In this document: positions 11,147 to 22,485 of the stretch, one piece after another
Layout of the letters: the number at the start of each line of letters is the position of its first letter
Numbering within the stretch: the first letter of the stretch is position 1
NCBI GenBank assembly: GCA_002811645.1
Contig: PDIP01000059.1
Span: forward strand, 2,222-66,221
Reading direction: 5' to 3'
Length of the DNA stretch: 64,000 nucleotides
Source of the DNA: Corallochytrium limacisporum Hawaii
Taxonomy: Eukaryota > Protista > Pluriformea
Made by a program: the position numbers and the translations under genes
Notes under the pieces: model-generated
The model's input: the letters and a program-made list of their open reading frames with translations, nothing else
What the model was told of the DNA's origin: nothing
The model's database searches: none

Positions 11147-14100
11147 GCCAACGCAACGTACGACTTCCGGAACAGCCGCCGACGCTGTTGGGCCCGGGTG
11201 GTGAAAGAATTGAAGGATCCTACACGGCCGCGCTTGAAAAAATAAAAGAAAAAACAGAAAATCCCGGTCTCTGCGGAGGACTAAGGAACGACCGCCGCGG
11301 GCGGGCGGGAGGGGAGGGGCTTCTCATCACCCCTCCCTCCTTTCTCTGGCCTGCCAGTACTGGGCCGCTTGTGCCCCACCACCACCGCCGCTGAAGAAAA
11401 CAAGGAGAAGGCACTGAAGAACAGAGGCGGGTCAGTCAGACACACACAGACACACACACGCACGGAGTGAAAACGAAGAAACAGCAACCAAAGAAAATTG
11501 CTGGTTTGAATGAAAAGAGAGACGGTGTTTAGAGCGGAAGGGAGGGGCTGTCATATTTTTCCCTTGTGCACGTACTCGCCATCTCTCTCTCTCTCTCTCT
11601 CATTCTCTCAATACGCGTTGTCCTTTTTAGGGAACCTTGGAGTTAAGTAATGAATATACCAGGACAAATTAGAGACGGGCAAGGAATTCAAGTGACATAT
11701 GGCACGGCCAGAACCGAGGTCTGAGGAGAAGTAAAGTAAGAACCAAACAAGTCAACACCCAGGTCAATAATAAATAAGAAAGAATTTTTGTAGAAAACGT
11801 GGCTGTAGTAGTGGTGAGGAATCCACGGAACGTGATAGTAGGGACGCTTTCCGGGACATTTTCTTCCTCTTTCTGCTCCGACGAGGGGGTGTTGGCGGGT
11901 GGAGTCCTTGTCTCTCATCATCCGTTTCTCCGAAGGGCCCGTGTACCACAACACACCGGTTCAGTATGGAAAATGTTCCAGTGTTATTTTTCCAGACCAT
12001 GGTCTGGTGTCGGTGTCGGTGCCGGTGCCTTTCTTTTGTTTCCTTCGTTGCAAGGCCTTCTTCGAGGATCATAAAAGAACACGGAACGGCGCGCGATCGC
12101 ATCACCGATCGCGCTCTACGCCTTTGGACTTGGGGGTCAGGTACCGTGGCCGGTGCCGCGTTTGTGGTGTGTACTGCCATCGCAAAGGTGTGCGCCCGTG
12201 TGCGGTCCACGGTCGCCAAGTAGTGGAGCAGGACCGGTGCAAGAAGACATGTGCCCATACACAGAATTCACGGATTGAGTAGCGGGGAAGGTGATCTTCG
12301 GGCTGCGCGAATCGAATCTTGGACCATCTATACACACACAGAGCACATGGGAAACGGTTGGTAGGAACATGGTAGATCCGCACTGCGGGATGCCCAGAGA
12401 GCGTCAGAGTAAATACCCGAGCAGCAAGAGTTCCCTCTTTGTGTTTTTTTAGCTCACCGTTCCAAAACCCTGCGAAGTTTTTTACCACCCCTCCCCTTTT
12501 TCCCGCCCCCTTGGGAGGTGGTGATGCTGTAGCCAGTATTGCTCTGCCTGGGAGAACCCGCAAAGAGCAAGAACACAATTAGCGGGACTTTTTTTGGGCA
12601 ACCATCTGCGCTGCTGGTGCTGCGCCCTTTTGTCTCCCCCCCCCCCACCTCACCCACCACGCAAGCCTTCGTAAAGCCACCAACGGTAACTAATGAAAAC
12701 AGAAGGAGACCAATCGCTACTAAACTATCGGTATATTGTGCGCTTTAAGCATGCCATGCCGAAGGCCGTCCATGTCACCTCTCACTCCCTCTTTTTATTT
12801 TCTATTTTCTGCTTTTATTTAAACGCCCCGCTGGCGCGCGCCCAACGCTTTCGCATGTTGTTCCTTTGTGGGCGTTCGGACTGGCTGGCTGCTGCCGCCG
12901 GTTTTTGTGTGTGTGTGTGTGTGTTCGACCCGGGCAGCCTGATCCCAGCGACAGTGGAGGTTGGTTTGGTTTTCGCTTCTGGTTTTTATATTGGCCCCGT
13001 GAGAAGGGGGAGGGTGTGTGTGTGCATGCTTAAAGGGTCCACACACACACACACACACACGCACCAGCCATCCACGACATTCGGGCCATAATGCTGCCAC
13101 TTTTTCTTTTTCAGCTGAGACGACATTCTGCTGTGTGTGGGTCCGGCACGGTGGCTTTCTTTGCCTTTTCTCTTTGCCCTTCTTTGCTGCCATGCCCGTT
13201 TGGGGTCCTCTCTCTCTCTCTCTCGCTCTTTCCCCGACGCGCGCAAGGGGGGGGGGTGCCTGTGTTGCGGCGGTGGGTGACTTCCGTGTGTGTGTGTGTG
13301 CGGGGCACAATTTGTAAATTTTCTTGGCACTGCTCTTCTAACCAATCACCGCAAAGAACGAAGCGTCCCGCTGGTCACTGGCTGATCTGCTTTCCAAGGC
13401 GGAAGTGGGAGGGGACGGGGAGAAGGAGTGTATGTGTGTGCGTGCGGTGCGAGTGTGAGTTTGGGTTGGTACCAAAGAGCCTAATGATTTTCTCAAAGAA
13501 TACCAAAAAAGAAAGAAAGTGGAAAGTAAACCCACAAAGTCAGGGACGAATGGGCAAAAAGGAAAAAAAATAGTGACTGGCGAAGACAGGAGACCCTGTT
13601 ACCAGCTTGCACTACGGGCAAAGAAAGAATACAGAATTGTGTGAGGGACGATACAGAACCAGTGAAGAAAATCAGAAGAGAGTAAGGACAAGCGACACAA
13701 AAGTGGAAAGATCACCTGAAAGAGAGAAAGCACCTAGTCCTAGCCCTCCCCGCCTCCCCCCAAAAACGAGGTAGTGAACAAAAGGCAAGGGAAAGAAGAA
13801 GAAAAGGTGGCTACGAAAGACAGGGAGGCAAACACAACAGAGGAAAAACAAAGGATCCCAGAAAACTGAGTAGTCACGAGCCCGGAAAGGCCCGGCCCGC
13901 CCCTCCCTTCCAAAAGGCCAACAACAAAAAAAGGATACTTTCTGTTTTAACTGCAAAGGAAAGAAAAAATGAAAAAAAAAAAAGCGGGAGAGATTATCAG
14001 CCGAACGTTAAGACTTTTCGTCTTTTTTCCGCCCTTCCCTCTCTCGTGATCGGCCGGGGACCGGTCTCCACCGTCTCCGCTCCCCTCCCTCCCCCCCTTT

Positions 14101-14599
14101 CTCCCCGAAGCACACACTTTCGCCCAGCTACCAGCACTTCAGAAGGGCCTCTGTTACCCACCCTGCCGTCTTCGTTGGTAGTGTAAACAGTACTAAACTG
14201 GGGGACCCAGCAGCGGACGCACACGAGGAGTACCCTCGTCTCCCTTGGCCCGACCGCGGTTTAACTTCCTTTTTTCCTTTTGTTTTCTTTGGTCGGTGTT
14301 GGGGGGGTGTGTGTTAGCAAACCCAAAGAAAAAAAAAACAATTTCCCGGCCCCGGAACGTGCCCAGCCTTTCATCGTTTCTGAAATCATGGGAATATAAC
14401 TGACCCCTAACTATATAAATAATACGAATTAAACGGGGCACCAGCACCCCCCCCGGGGGTTCCCTCCCTCCCTCTCGCCTTTTTCTTTTTGCTGGAGCTG
14501 TGAGGGGTCCTCCTTCCCCCAAGGCTGTATTGAGCTTTTCCCATACTGAAACTACCGAGCTGGGCACGGCCTGTGGTACTGAATCTACCACACAGCAGG

Positions 14600-14613
14600 T
14601 TTTCGCGCGAAAA
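14600..14613. promoter_or_regulatory. Palindromic E2F-type site TTTTCGCGCGAAAA upstream of MSH3
   Basis: Perfect 14-bp palindrome containing TTTCGCGC on both strands, 264 nt upstream of the MSH3 ATG. Confidence 0.55.
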
Positions 14614-14876
14614 AGCCAGTGGACCCAAAGGGAGAGTGTGTGTTGGGGTCCTCCTCTCCCTGCGAACCACACTCACCGTTTGGGAGTGGCTGAGTTAACG
14701 ATGGCGATGACTATTTGAGAAACGACTGCTTGAAGACCTGATCAGTTGTGCGCAGGGTGCTTCTATTGAATAAATGGTGGTGAGAGTTCATTGATTGATC
14801 CTACCAGAGAACAATGTGGAAGCACATTTGAGCGGAGATACGTGACTAGAAGGAGCTCTAGGCCAGGAACAAGACC

Positions 14877-17800
14877 ATGCCGGCGATGGCGAAACAGCCG
14901 GCAGGCGGCGGTTCGAAGCGCTTGTCGCTGGACAAGCTCAAGCAACCCCAGAAACAAACGTCGCTGATGGGATTCTTCAAAAAGGCGACCTTGGAGCCAG
15001 CAGAGAAAAAAGCACAGCCAGTGATTCCTGCTGAACCGGCCGGGGAGTCCGAGCGCGCACAGATCGCCACTCCAGTGGCAAGGAAGCGTGAGTGTACCTC
15101 GCAGGATAGCGAACCTTTGTCCAAGAAGAACAAAACAGATCACATGGACAGCCCGAAACCCGTGGATGGACCAAGGACCACGGAGTTGTCCGAGAGTAGT
15201 GCCGAGGATGGGGACGCACCGGCACAAATCGATAGGTCTCACTTGCGGCGCTTTGCTAGGCCAACCAAAATGAAGGATGAGAACGATAGCGATGATGACA
15301 AGCATGAGGTCCAGGCTGCCACCTCATCCGCAAAGCCCGTTTCGGCACGCTCCGGGAGAAGAAGCTCGGGCGGAGCCCGTGCCAAGGCAGGCCAACCCAA
15401 TCCTACCAAGGAAGAATTGCATGATCAGTTCGCAGTGCTTGCGGCAACGGGACCAGCGGGAGGAGAACGTGGAATAGCTTACCCTGACGAGGGAGATAAA
15501 TATCATCGCCGTCGCGATCCGAATGCCGTGGTCGGTAAGCCCCTGCTTGTGGATCCCAAGGCCACCTACACCCCCCTCGAGCAACAGTTCATTGACATTA
15601 AGCGAAAGAATCTGGATGCCCTCCTGTTTGTGGAAACGGGCTACAAGTACCGCTTCTTGGGGGATGATGCCGAAGTGGCAAGTCGGGAGCTCGGTATTTT
15701 CTGTCACTGGGACAAGAACTTCATGACAGCGTCCATTCCCACCCATCGTCTGTATCACCACGTCCGGCGATTGGTCAACAAGGGCTTCAAAGTAGGAGTA
15801 GTCCGGCAGACTGAAACGGCTGCCATCAAAGCTGCTGGATCCAACAAATCAAAACCGTTCACTAGGGAGCTGAAGGAGCTTTACACCCGATCAACACTGC
15901 TTGTCAATGACAGCGCAATCTCCGATGATCATATGGGAGCAGAGAGCTGCGATCTCATGGCCATCTTCGATTCCAGGGGACACTCTTACTTCACCGGCGA
16001 AGACCTGGGATACAGTGGCGGCATCGGCGTCGTCTGCATCAATCCTTCTACAGGTGACATTCGCTATGAAACCGTTCCGCACACAGCCGGTATGGATGTG
16101 CTCGAAAGCGTGCTGGTACAGATTCAACCGGGCGAGATCATCTATCCACACAGCATAAGCAAAGAGACCCGGGCGGCTATTCAAGCGGCAGTGGGCCAGC
16201 GACCCAAGGACAATGCCATCCGAGTAGAGGCATGCGATGACAAGGTCTTTGATCCGGAGAATGCAAAGACCGGCATGCAGACGTTTTACTCCTTCTTGCT
16301 TGATGATGCGAAGAAGGGATCACCACTCCGGAAAACCAATGCTGCCAAGACAGACGATGCGAAGCCGAAGTATGAGCTGCTGACCAATGAGACCTTGGAA
16401 CTCCAAACGGCATGGATGGCACTGATCCATTATCTGCGAAAGTTCAATATTGAAGCTAGCATGATGCTCACTGGCAACATGGGTGGGATCAAGACGCGTT
16501 CTACGCTTCGTCTTCACGGCAAGACACTCCAGAACTTGGAGATCTTTGCCAATGAAGACACAGGAAAAGAATTTGGGAGCCTTTTCTGGCTCATGAACAA
16601 TACGAAGACAAAATTCGGTGCTCGACTTCTGAGGAAATGGATCGCTGCGCCATTGAGGGACACGGATGCCATCAACCTGAGGGTGGCAACTGTGGAATTG
16701 ATCTATGAAGATGAGTCCGAGAGACTTCGCAAATTGATCAACGGTCTCACACAGCTACCCGATCTCCAGCGCGGCCTGCAACGGATCTACTATGCAAATG
16801 CGAGTCCTCAGGAAACGCTAGCCATCCTTCGCAAGCTTTTGACCCTAAGCGATCAGTTCCATATCCATGGCAAGGCACTGACTGACGAAGATACTACTGA
16901 ACTCCTGAACCAGATCCTCTCGTGCGGCAGTGAGCAGTTGAGCGATTTCTTACAACAGTGTCTCAGTGAATTGCAGGACGAGGCTGCCGCGGACAGAGAC
17001 AAGCGCAATTTTTTTACTGAAGAGTCTGAGGGCATCAGAAATGCTAAGGGTCACATTGCAGACGTCATGACCGCACTGAAAAGGGAACTCAAAGCATGTC
17101 GAGATATTCTTGGACTAGCATCTTTGGAATATGTCTCGGTTCTACAAACCGAGTTCCTGGTTGAGGTTCCCAATTCCATGAACAAATTGGTGCCAAAAAC
17201 CTGGATGAAGATGTCGGCGACCAAAAAAGTCAGTCGGTACCACAGTCCCAAGATCATTGACTTGGTGCAGGACCTGAACATGTGGCGGGAGCACTTGGAT
17301 GCGGAGGCAAACAAGCAATGGCGGGAGTACCTTGAACGGGTCAGCTCCCATTACGATGCCCTAAGAGACCTCATCGATGGTGCAGCGCAGCTGGACTGCC
17401 TACAGTCCTTGGCAGCGTGCTCGAAGCAAGATGGTTATTGTCGCCCTGAGGCAGACGCAGTCGAAACTGCGTACCTCGACGCCAAGGACGCCAAACACCC
17501 CACAGTGTCGGCACAAATGACTGACGAATACGTGCCGAATAACATTTACCTCAACAAGAAGGACCAGCGCAGTCTTATCATCACTGGTCCGAATATGGGA
17601 GGCAAGAGTTCCTTGATCCGCATGACTGCGTTGTTGATCATCATGGCGCAGGTCGGATGCTATGTGCCATGCTCAGAAATGAAATACGGCGTCTACGATG
17701 CCATTCACACGCGAATGGGCTCCAGTGACGACCTCCTGCGCCAACAGTCGACTTTCATGGTCGAAATGGACGAGGCCAGCACAGCTCTGAAAGACGCAAG

Positions 17801-18362
17801 TTGCGATTCCTTGATTATTATGGACGAACTCGGCCGCGGCACCAGTACCCATGATGGTATGGCGGTGGCTTGGGCGACCATGAAGTACTTGATCGAACGT
17901 AAGCGGTGTTGCACTCTCTTTGTTACACACTATCCCATGCTCGGGGCCCTGGAACACACTCACGCACCAGCTGCCAAGAACTACCACATGGGCTTCATCA
18001 CCGACGACGTGCAGGACGATGCGGAGCAGGACAGCCACGCGATCCACTTTCTCTACCAGCTCAAACCAGGCCTGGCGATGAAGTCCTACGGTCTGAATGT
18101 GGCACGCCTTGCTCACCTACCAAAGGCCGTCATTGATCGTGCATCGCAAAAGAGTGCGGAATTGGAGCAATTCACATATGCACGTCTGCGGAATCGTCAG
18201 CGAACCAAGCACCATCTGATCGCTTTGGCGAAGCTGGCCGGTGCCCTACCGCAGCCCGATGATGGGGAACAGACTGGGGATTCTAATGAAAAGGATGATG
18301 CGGACTTCAGCGGCGTGCTAAAGGTCCTGCGAGAATCTGATCTGGACACACTCTTGTCGTGA
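14877..18362 (+). CDS. MSH3: DNA mismatch repair protein MSH3
   Basis: N-terminal PIP box QTSLMGFF; YTPLEQQ; the MSH3-specific GYKYRF motif; Walker A GPNMGGKSS; DELGRGTSTHDG; SYGLNVARLA. Confidence 0.96.
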   Translation: MPAMAKQPAGGGSKRLSLDKLKQPQKQTSLMGFFKKATLEPAEKKAQPVIPAEPAGESERAQIATPVARKRECTSQDSEPLSKKNKTDHMDSPKPVDGPRTTELSESSAEDGDAPAQIDRSHLRRFARPTKMKDENDSDDDKHEVQAATSSAKPVSARSGRRSSGGARAKAGQPNPTKEELHDQFAVLAATGPAGGERGIAYPDEGDKYHRRRDPNAVVGKPLLVDPKATYTPLEQQFIDIKRKNLDALLFVETGYKYRFLGDDAEVASRELGIFCHWDKNFMTASIPTHRLYHHVRRLVNKGFKVGVVRQTETAAIKAAGSNKSKPFTRELKELYTRSTLLVNDSAISDDHMGAESCDLMAIFDSRGHSYFTGEDLGYSGGIGVVCINPSTGDIRYETVPHTAGMDVLESVLVQIQPGEIIYPHSISKETRAAIQAAVGQRPKDNAIRVEACDDKVFDPENAKTGMQTFYSFLLDDAKKGSPLRKTNAAKTDDAKPKYELLTNETLELQTAWMALIHYLRKFNIEASMMLTGNMGGIKTRSTLRLHGKTLQNLEIFANEDTGKEFGSLFWLMNNTKTKFGARLLRKWIAAPLRDTDAINLRVATVELIYEDESERLRKLINGLTQLPDLQRGLQRIYYANASPQETLAILRKLLTLSDQFHIHGKALTDEDTTELLNQILSCGSEQLSDFLQQCLSELQDEAAADRDKRNFFTEESEGIRNAKGHIADVMTALKRELKACRDILGLASLEYVSVLQTEFLVEVPNSMNKLVPKTWMKMSATKKVSRYHSPKIIDLVQDLNMWREHLDAEANKQWREYLERVSSHYDALRDLIDGAAQLDCLQSLAACSKQDGYCRPEADAVETAYLDAKDAKHPTVSAQMTDEYVPNNIYLNKKDQRSLIITGPNMGGKSSLIRMTALLIIMAQVGCYVPCSEMKYGVYDAIHTRMGSSDDLLRQQSTFMVEMDEASTALKDASCDSLIIMDELGRGTSTHDGMAVAWATMKYLIERKRCCTLFVTHYPMLGALEHTHAPAAKNYHMGFITDDVQDDAEQDSHAIHFLYQLKPGLAMKSYGLNVARLAHLPKAVIDRASQKSAELEQFTYARLRNRQRTKHHLIALAKLAGALPQPDDGEQTGDSNEKDDADFSGVLKVLRESDLDTLLS

Positions 18363-18448
18363 GTTACTGACTACTACATGTAGTAATGTACATAGACTAC
18401 TTATTTTTTCACTATGTCAATCAATTGGTTTCCAATGCTCCGTTATTC

Positions 18449-20524
18449 TTATGCCTTTATGGCCTTTGTTACGGTGCCCTGCACCGACTTCGGAATGTCG
18501 CTAGCCTTGACAGCCTTCAGGCTCTTCTTCACAGCACCACTGGCCTTCTTGCTTGAGTCCTGCTCCACTAGAGCAACGCAGACCAGCGCATGGGGCGCCG
18601 ACTTGGTAGCCATCTCCACAAAGATGTCCTCTCCACTCTGTGCCTGCAAAGGTTCCAACAGAAGGTCAGCAAAGCAAGGATCGAAATCGCTACCTTCCTC
18701 TTTGATGAGCATCTTCAGACCGCGACTGAGGTCGGCGAACACTGGGGAACGCACCAACGAGGCGGCCCTCACGGCAAACTTCTCTCGCAGCTCTGAAGTC
18801 GCGACCATGGCGTTCCGCATGCATTCGACCACGACATTACGGCAGTGCATTTCCTTTAGCCATTCTTCTGGAAAGCCGGAGGTGAGCAGTGTCTTGGGCA
18901 GGAACTTCTTCACCACGGTCAGCACCTCACTGCGACGTTTCTCTGCGTCCTTCTTAGAGTTTGGATTGCCGTCCGCGACGGCCAGCGTGTCGACGTGTAC
19001 CTTGGGCAGGTATCCCAGCTTCGTGCACCGTGGGTTCAGCAGCTCTAGCAGGACGTAACAGTAGTATCGATCCGTCATGGTTTCCTCAGCAAGGGCCAGC
19101 AACGGCTTTAGCACAGACTTCTCGAGAAGGACGGTGTCATCCACCTGTTCACACAGGCACATAAGCACAAAACAGCCATATTCGTTGGTTGCAATGCGTC
19201 CGATAAAGTCCTTGCAGGCCTTGATAATGGCCTTGCGCTCTTTTGCGTTGCTGCGGGCAATCAGGCGGATAGCAGTTTCCATGCCATTGCGTGTGTGCAG
19301 GAACTCGGGCACAACCTCTGCAAGGATATCCACAACCGCATCCCGTTCGTTGCCATCCCGGGCGTGCTTGATCAGATCCAGAGCTAGCACATGCACCACC
19401 TGGCGCTGCACTCCATTCTTCTCTACAATGGTCTTCAGGGTGCTTATCAAACCTTGCACAATGCTCTTTGCCATATCGGGCTGTTCCTTCAGGGCCTGCT
19501 CTAGAGACGGTGCGGCATTTTCGCTCTGACCCTGCATGAGAACGCTGAAGTGAGGCCCGTACAGAGTGCGTAGCATGGAATGCTTCTCCTTGGCAGTACC
19601 GTGGTGGTATGCCAACTCCATGACCTCAGAGGCTTCCTTGGACGCAAGCAGTTTTCGCGTGTGCGGGATCAGCTCGTTGATAGCCTCCAGACGCTGCGCC
19701 TTAGAGCAGGCTGTGATGATTTTCATGAGACAGTACTTGCCGTATTTTGTTTTCGAAGCCATGTCCTGCATATGACCCTTCAATTCTTTAATGATCAACC
19801 CCCGTTGCTCTTCAGTAGCCTCCTTAACACAGTACTGTACAATGCGACTGCCGTCATGCTTGAAGACAATTTCTTCGACATGCCCTTGCATTTCTTCACA
19901 CATTTCACGTACTGCCTCGTGCACATCCTTCTTAGTGGCATCACGGTCACTGCGAATCTTCTCCCACATTTTCTTTAGCTTTTCCACTCGCTCGTAGCCA
20001 CCAGCACGTTCACGCCGCAGAGCAGGCTGTTCCTTGCCTTCACCATCGGGTTTCTGTTTCTTGAATGGTGCGCTGGGCCCTCCATCTGCCTTGCGCTTAT
20101 TAGTAAAATTGGTCTGTTTCTTAGCATAACCTCCAGTGCTGGTGGTCCCGTTCATGCTGGGTTTCTGTGGGCCCCCGACGGATGATCCACTGCGTCCCTT
20201 TAAGCCACCACGGCCACCACCGTGGCCACCACGACCACTAGCACGGGACCCACCGCGGCCACCACGACCACTAGCACGGGACCCACCGCGGCCACCACGA
20301 CCACTAGCACGNNNNNNNNNNNNNNNNNNNNNNNNNNNNNNNNNNNNNNNNNNNNNNNNNNNNNNNNNNNNNNNNNNNNNNNTAGCACGGGACCCACCGC
20401 GGCCACCACGACCACTAGCACGGGACCCACCGCGGCCACCACGACCACTAGCACGGGACCCACCGCGACTGGGACCACGGCCACCACCGCGGCCACCGCG
20501 ACCTCCTCCACGAGGCTTTGGCAT
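18449..20524 (-). CDS. PUM3: Pumilio homolog 3 / Puf6 (nucleolar PUF protein) with RGG-repeat N-terminus
   Basis: KKMWEKIR, FKHDGSRIVQYCVK, FLHTRNG, AKERKAIIK and VDDTVL motifs; CPL-like region SKKDAEKRRSE. The ORF spans a 71-N gap. Confidence 0.92.
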   Translation of the reverse strand: MPKPRGGGRGGRGGGRGPSRGGSRASGRGGRGGSRASGRGGRGGSRAXXXXXXXXXXXXXXXXXXXXXXXXRASGRGGRGGSRASGRGGRGGSRASGRGGHGGGRGGLKGRSGSSVGGPQKPSMNGTTSTGGYAKKQTNFTNKRKADGGPSAPFKKQKPDGEGKEQPALRRERAGGYERVEKLKKMWEKIRSDRDATKKDVHEAVREMCEEMQGHVEEIVFKHDGSRIVQYCVKEATEEQRGLIIKELKGHMQDMASKTKYGKYCLMKIITACSKAQRLEAINELIPHTRKLLASKEASEVMELAYHHGTAKEKHSMLRTLYGPHFSVLMQGQSENAAPSLEQALKEQPDMAKSIVQGLISTLKTIVEKNGVQRQVVHVLALDLIKHARDGNERDAVVDILAEVVPEFLHTRNGMETAIRLIARSNAKERKAIIKACKDFIGRIATNEYGCFVLMCLCEQVDDTVLLEKSVLKPLLALAEETMTDRYYCYVLLELLNPRCTKLGYLPKVHVDTLAVADGNPNSKKDAEKRRSEVLTVVKKFLPKTLLTSGFPEEWLKEMHCRNVVVECMRNAMVATSELREKFAVRAASLVRSPVFADLSRGLKMLIKEEGSDFDPCFADLLLEPLQAQSGEDIFVEMATKSAPHALVCVALVEQDSSKKASGAVKKSLKAVKASDIPKSVQGTVTKAIKA
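20224..20466 (-). repeat. 33-nt coding tandem repeat (RASGRGGRGGS), interrupted by an N gap at 20312-20382
   Basis: Unit ggccaccacgaccactagcacgggacccaccgc at 20224, 20257, 20401 and 20434, with partial copies on both sides of the gap. Confidence 0.95.
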
Positions 20525-21189
20525 TGTGCTTCTATGTGTAAGGAAGTGTGCTTGTGTTTGTATGGATGGTCTTGATTTATAGTTCCAAGCCTGATTCAGC
20601 AGTTGCCTATTTCGCGATCTCCACCTGTGAGAGTGCCCTTACATCAGTGTGCGTTTGGGGTTGGTGTCATAAGTTCCGATCATTCTGCAAATACCCCAAC
20701 TTGGACAGAATGCACGCATTCACCAAATTGCCAATCTCACGGATGGAGTTCTGCGCCATTGAGACTCGCGCACCCATGCACCCACGCACCCATTTCTTTG
20801 GAGAGACCCCTCCTACCCACCCAACGGACCGTCAAGGCGGCACTCCACGCGGGGTCGGCACCTGCACAGCCATAAGCGGAGAGGAGCCAGTCGGGCCGAG
20901 TGAGAGACCCACCACGGAAAATTTCTGCTTTCCCGCCCTTACCACTTGACCCGCAGTGAACACTCATACACAGCGCAAGAGAAAGGGGAGCCTCCCCCGG
21001 GGGGGGGGTGTGAGCTTTTGGCCTTTGGGGCTTTGGTGCGGGACAAAATCAAAATCATAAGAAATGACTTCACGAATCAAAGAGGCAGCTGAACCCAGTG
21101 GCGGGTCTGGGAACCACAACCGTGCTGCACATTGGAAGGAGTTCTAAGATGATACTTGTTTACTGCTATGCTACCGGTGACCTAATCTT

Positions 21190-22485
21190 TTACCAGCTGC
21201 CCAACCGCATCCGGTACAGCGTCCTCATTTTGGCGGCAGACAGACCATTATAGCCGTCGGAAGGAATGTAGGGCTGTGGAGTCACGGCAACAATTTGGTC
21301 TATACCTTCACTCTTGTTGGGATCCTCCCAGGACTTGGCCATGCCGTAGAAAACCATGTTGGGCACACGCTCGTAGGTGCTCTTACCACTAGTCGGATCG
21401 GTGTTGATGAGCTCGCGAAAATTGTTGTTGTGCATGCATTGCTTGCGCTCGGCCTTGATAACGATACAGCGAACCGATACTCCGTGCTCCTTCGCAATGG
21501 CGATGAACCGACCGCGGTGATCTCTGCTCACGTTCGTATTGTCGATCACGCAGCTTTTCCCTCCCTTGAGTGCAGCATTGGCCGCATCCTTACACTTGGG
21601 AATGGACTTGAGCGTATCATTGTTAACTCTGACGTACCCATTGGCTTCGAAGTGCTCCTTCGCCATGGTGCTCTTGCCCGACCCTGGCAGGCCAACTAAG
21701 AGTACCATCTCCTGACCTTCCTTGTTGACAGATGGTGCCCAGGAGCTCATGTTGCCTTCGTCAGTATCCGTACCAAAGATAGACGTTGGGTCCCAAGAGT
21801 CCCATTCGAATGGCACAGGCGCTTCGTCGAGGAAATATTCCTCGGGCGTACGGAAGGTTATACCAATGTTTGCAGCAAAGGCGCGATCGCTGTCAGTTTT
21901 GTCCTTCTTCTTGGACTTCTGCCAACCAGCCAACCTACCGGCCATGTCACCGACGAAAATGCTGCTTTCTTTGTCGGCTGTAATTTTGGCGTCGTTGTCC
22001 CCCTTGCTCAGAATGTGCTTGTCTAGAACATCCCACATGCCTGGCGCAGGCTTGCGATGAATGTCCCGTCTCAGAGATGCTATAGCCTCACACGGGATTC
22101 CCAGAGCCTCTGTCACATTCGCTATCCGCTCCTTCACATCACTCTCCTTAGTCTTTCCCTTGGCTACACCCATTTGGTTGCTGAAAATGACCAAGCGGTA
22201 GTCTAGGTCCTGAACAGCATGCTTCAGTCTCTTAACCGTGTTTGGAAATAAGAATCTCCAGTCATTCCCATCTTTGGCAAATGCTTTCCCGCTCTTTGTA
22301 GTCACCAAAGTGGAGTCCAGGTCCATGCCCAAGATCTTGGTTCCCTTGGCATCGTTGTGGGTCATCAACAGGCATCCACCCTTCTCCACAGTCTGCCACG
22401 CTGCTCCAGGAACGGCATGGTCCTTACGTGCTGCCTTTCTCCGGAGGAGATCGAAAGCATTGACTGGACCTGCTCTCTTAGCCAT
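21190..22485 (-). CDS. PNKP: Bifunctional polynucleotide 3'-phosphatase/5'-kinase (no FHA domain)
   Basis: HAD motif DLDSTL, FSNQMG, RKPAPGMW, FVGDMAGR, DSDRAFA; kinase P-loop GLPGSGKST; VIDNTN. Confidence 0.96.
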   Translation of the reverse strand: MAKRAGPVNAFDLLRRKAARKDHAVPGAAWQTVEKGGCLLMTHNDAKGTKILGMDLDSTLVTTKSGKAFAKDGNDWRFLFPNTVKRLKHAVQDLDYRLVIFSNQMGVAKGKTKESDVKERIANVTEALGIPCEAIASLRRDIHRKPAPGMWDVLDKHILSKGDNDAKITADKESSIFVGDMAGRLAGWQKSKKKDKTDSDRAFAANIGITFRTPEEYFLDEAPVPFEWDSWDPTSIFGTDTDEGNMSSWAPSVNKEGQEMVLLVGLPGSGKSTMAKEHFEANGYVRVNNDTLKSIPKCKDAANAALKGGKSCVIDNTNVSRDHRGRFIAIAKEHGVSVRCIVIKAERKQCMHNNNFRELINTDPTSGKSTYERVPNMVFYGMAKSWEDPNKSEGIDQIVAVTPQPYIPSDGYNGLSAAKMRTLYRMRLGSW

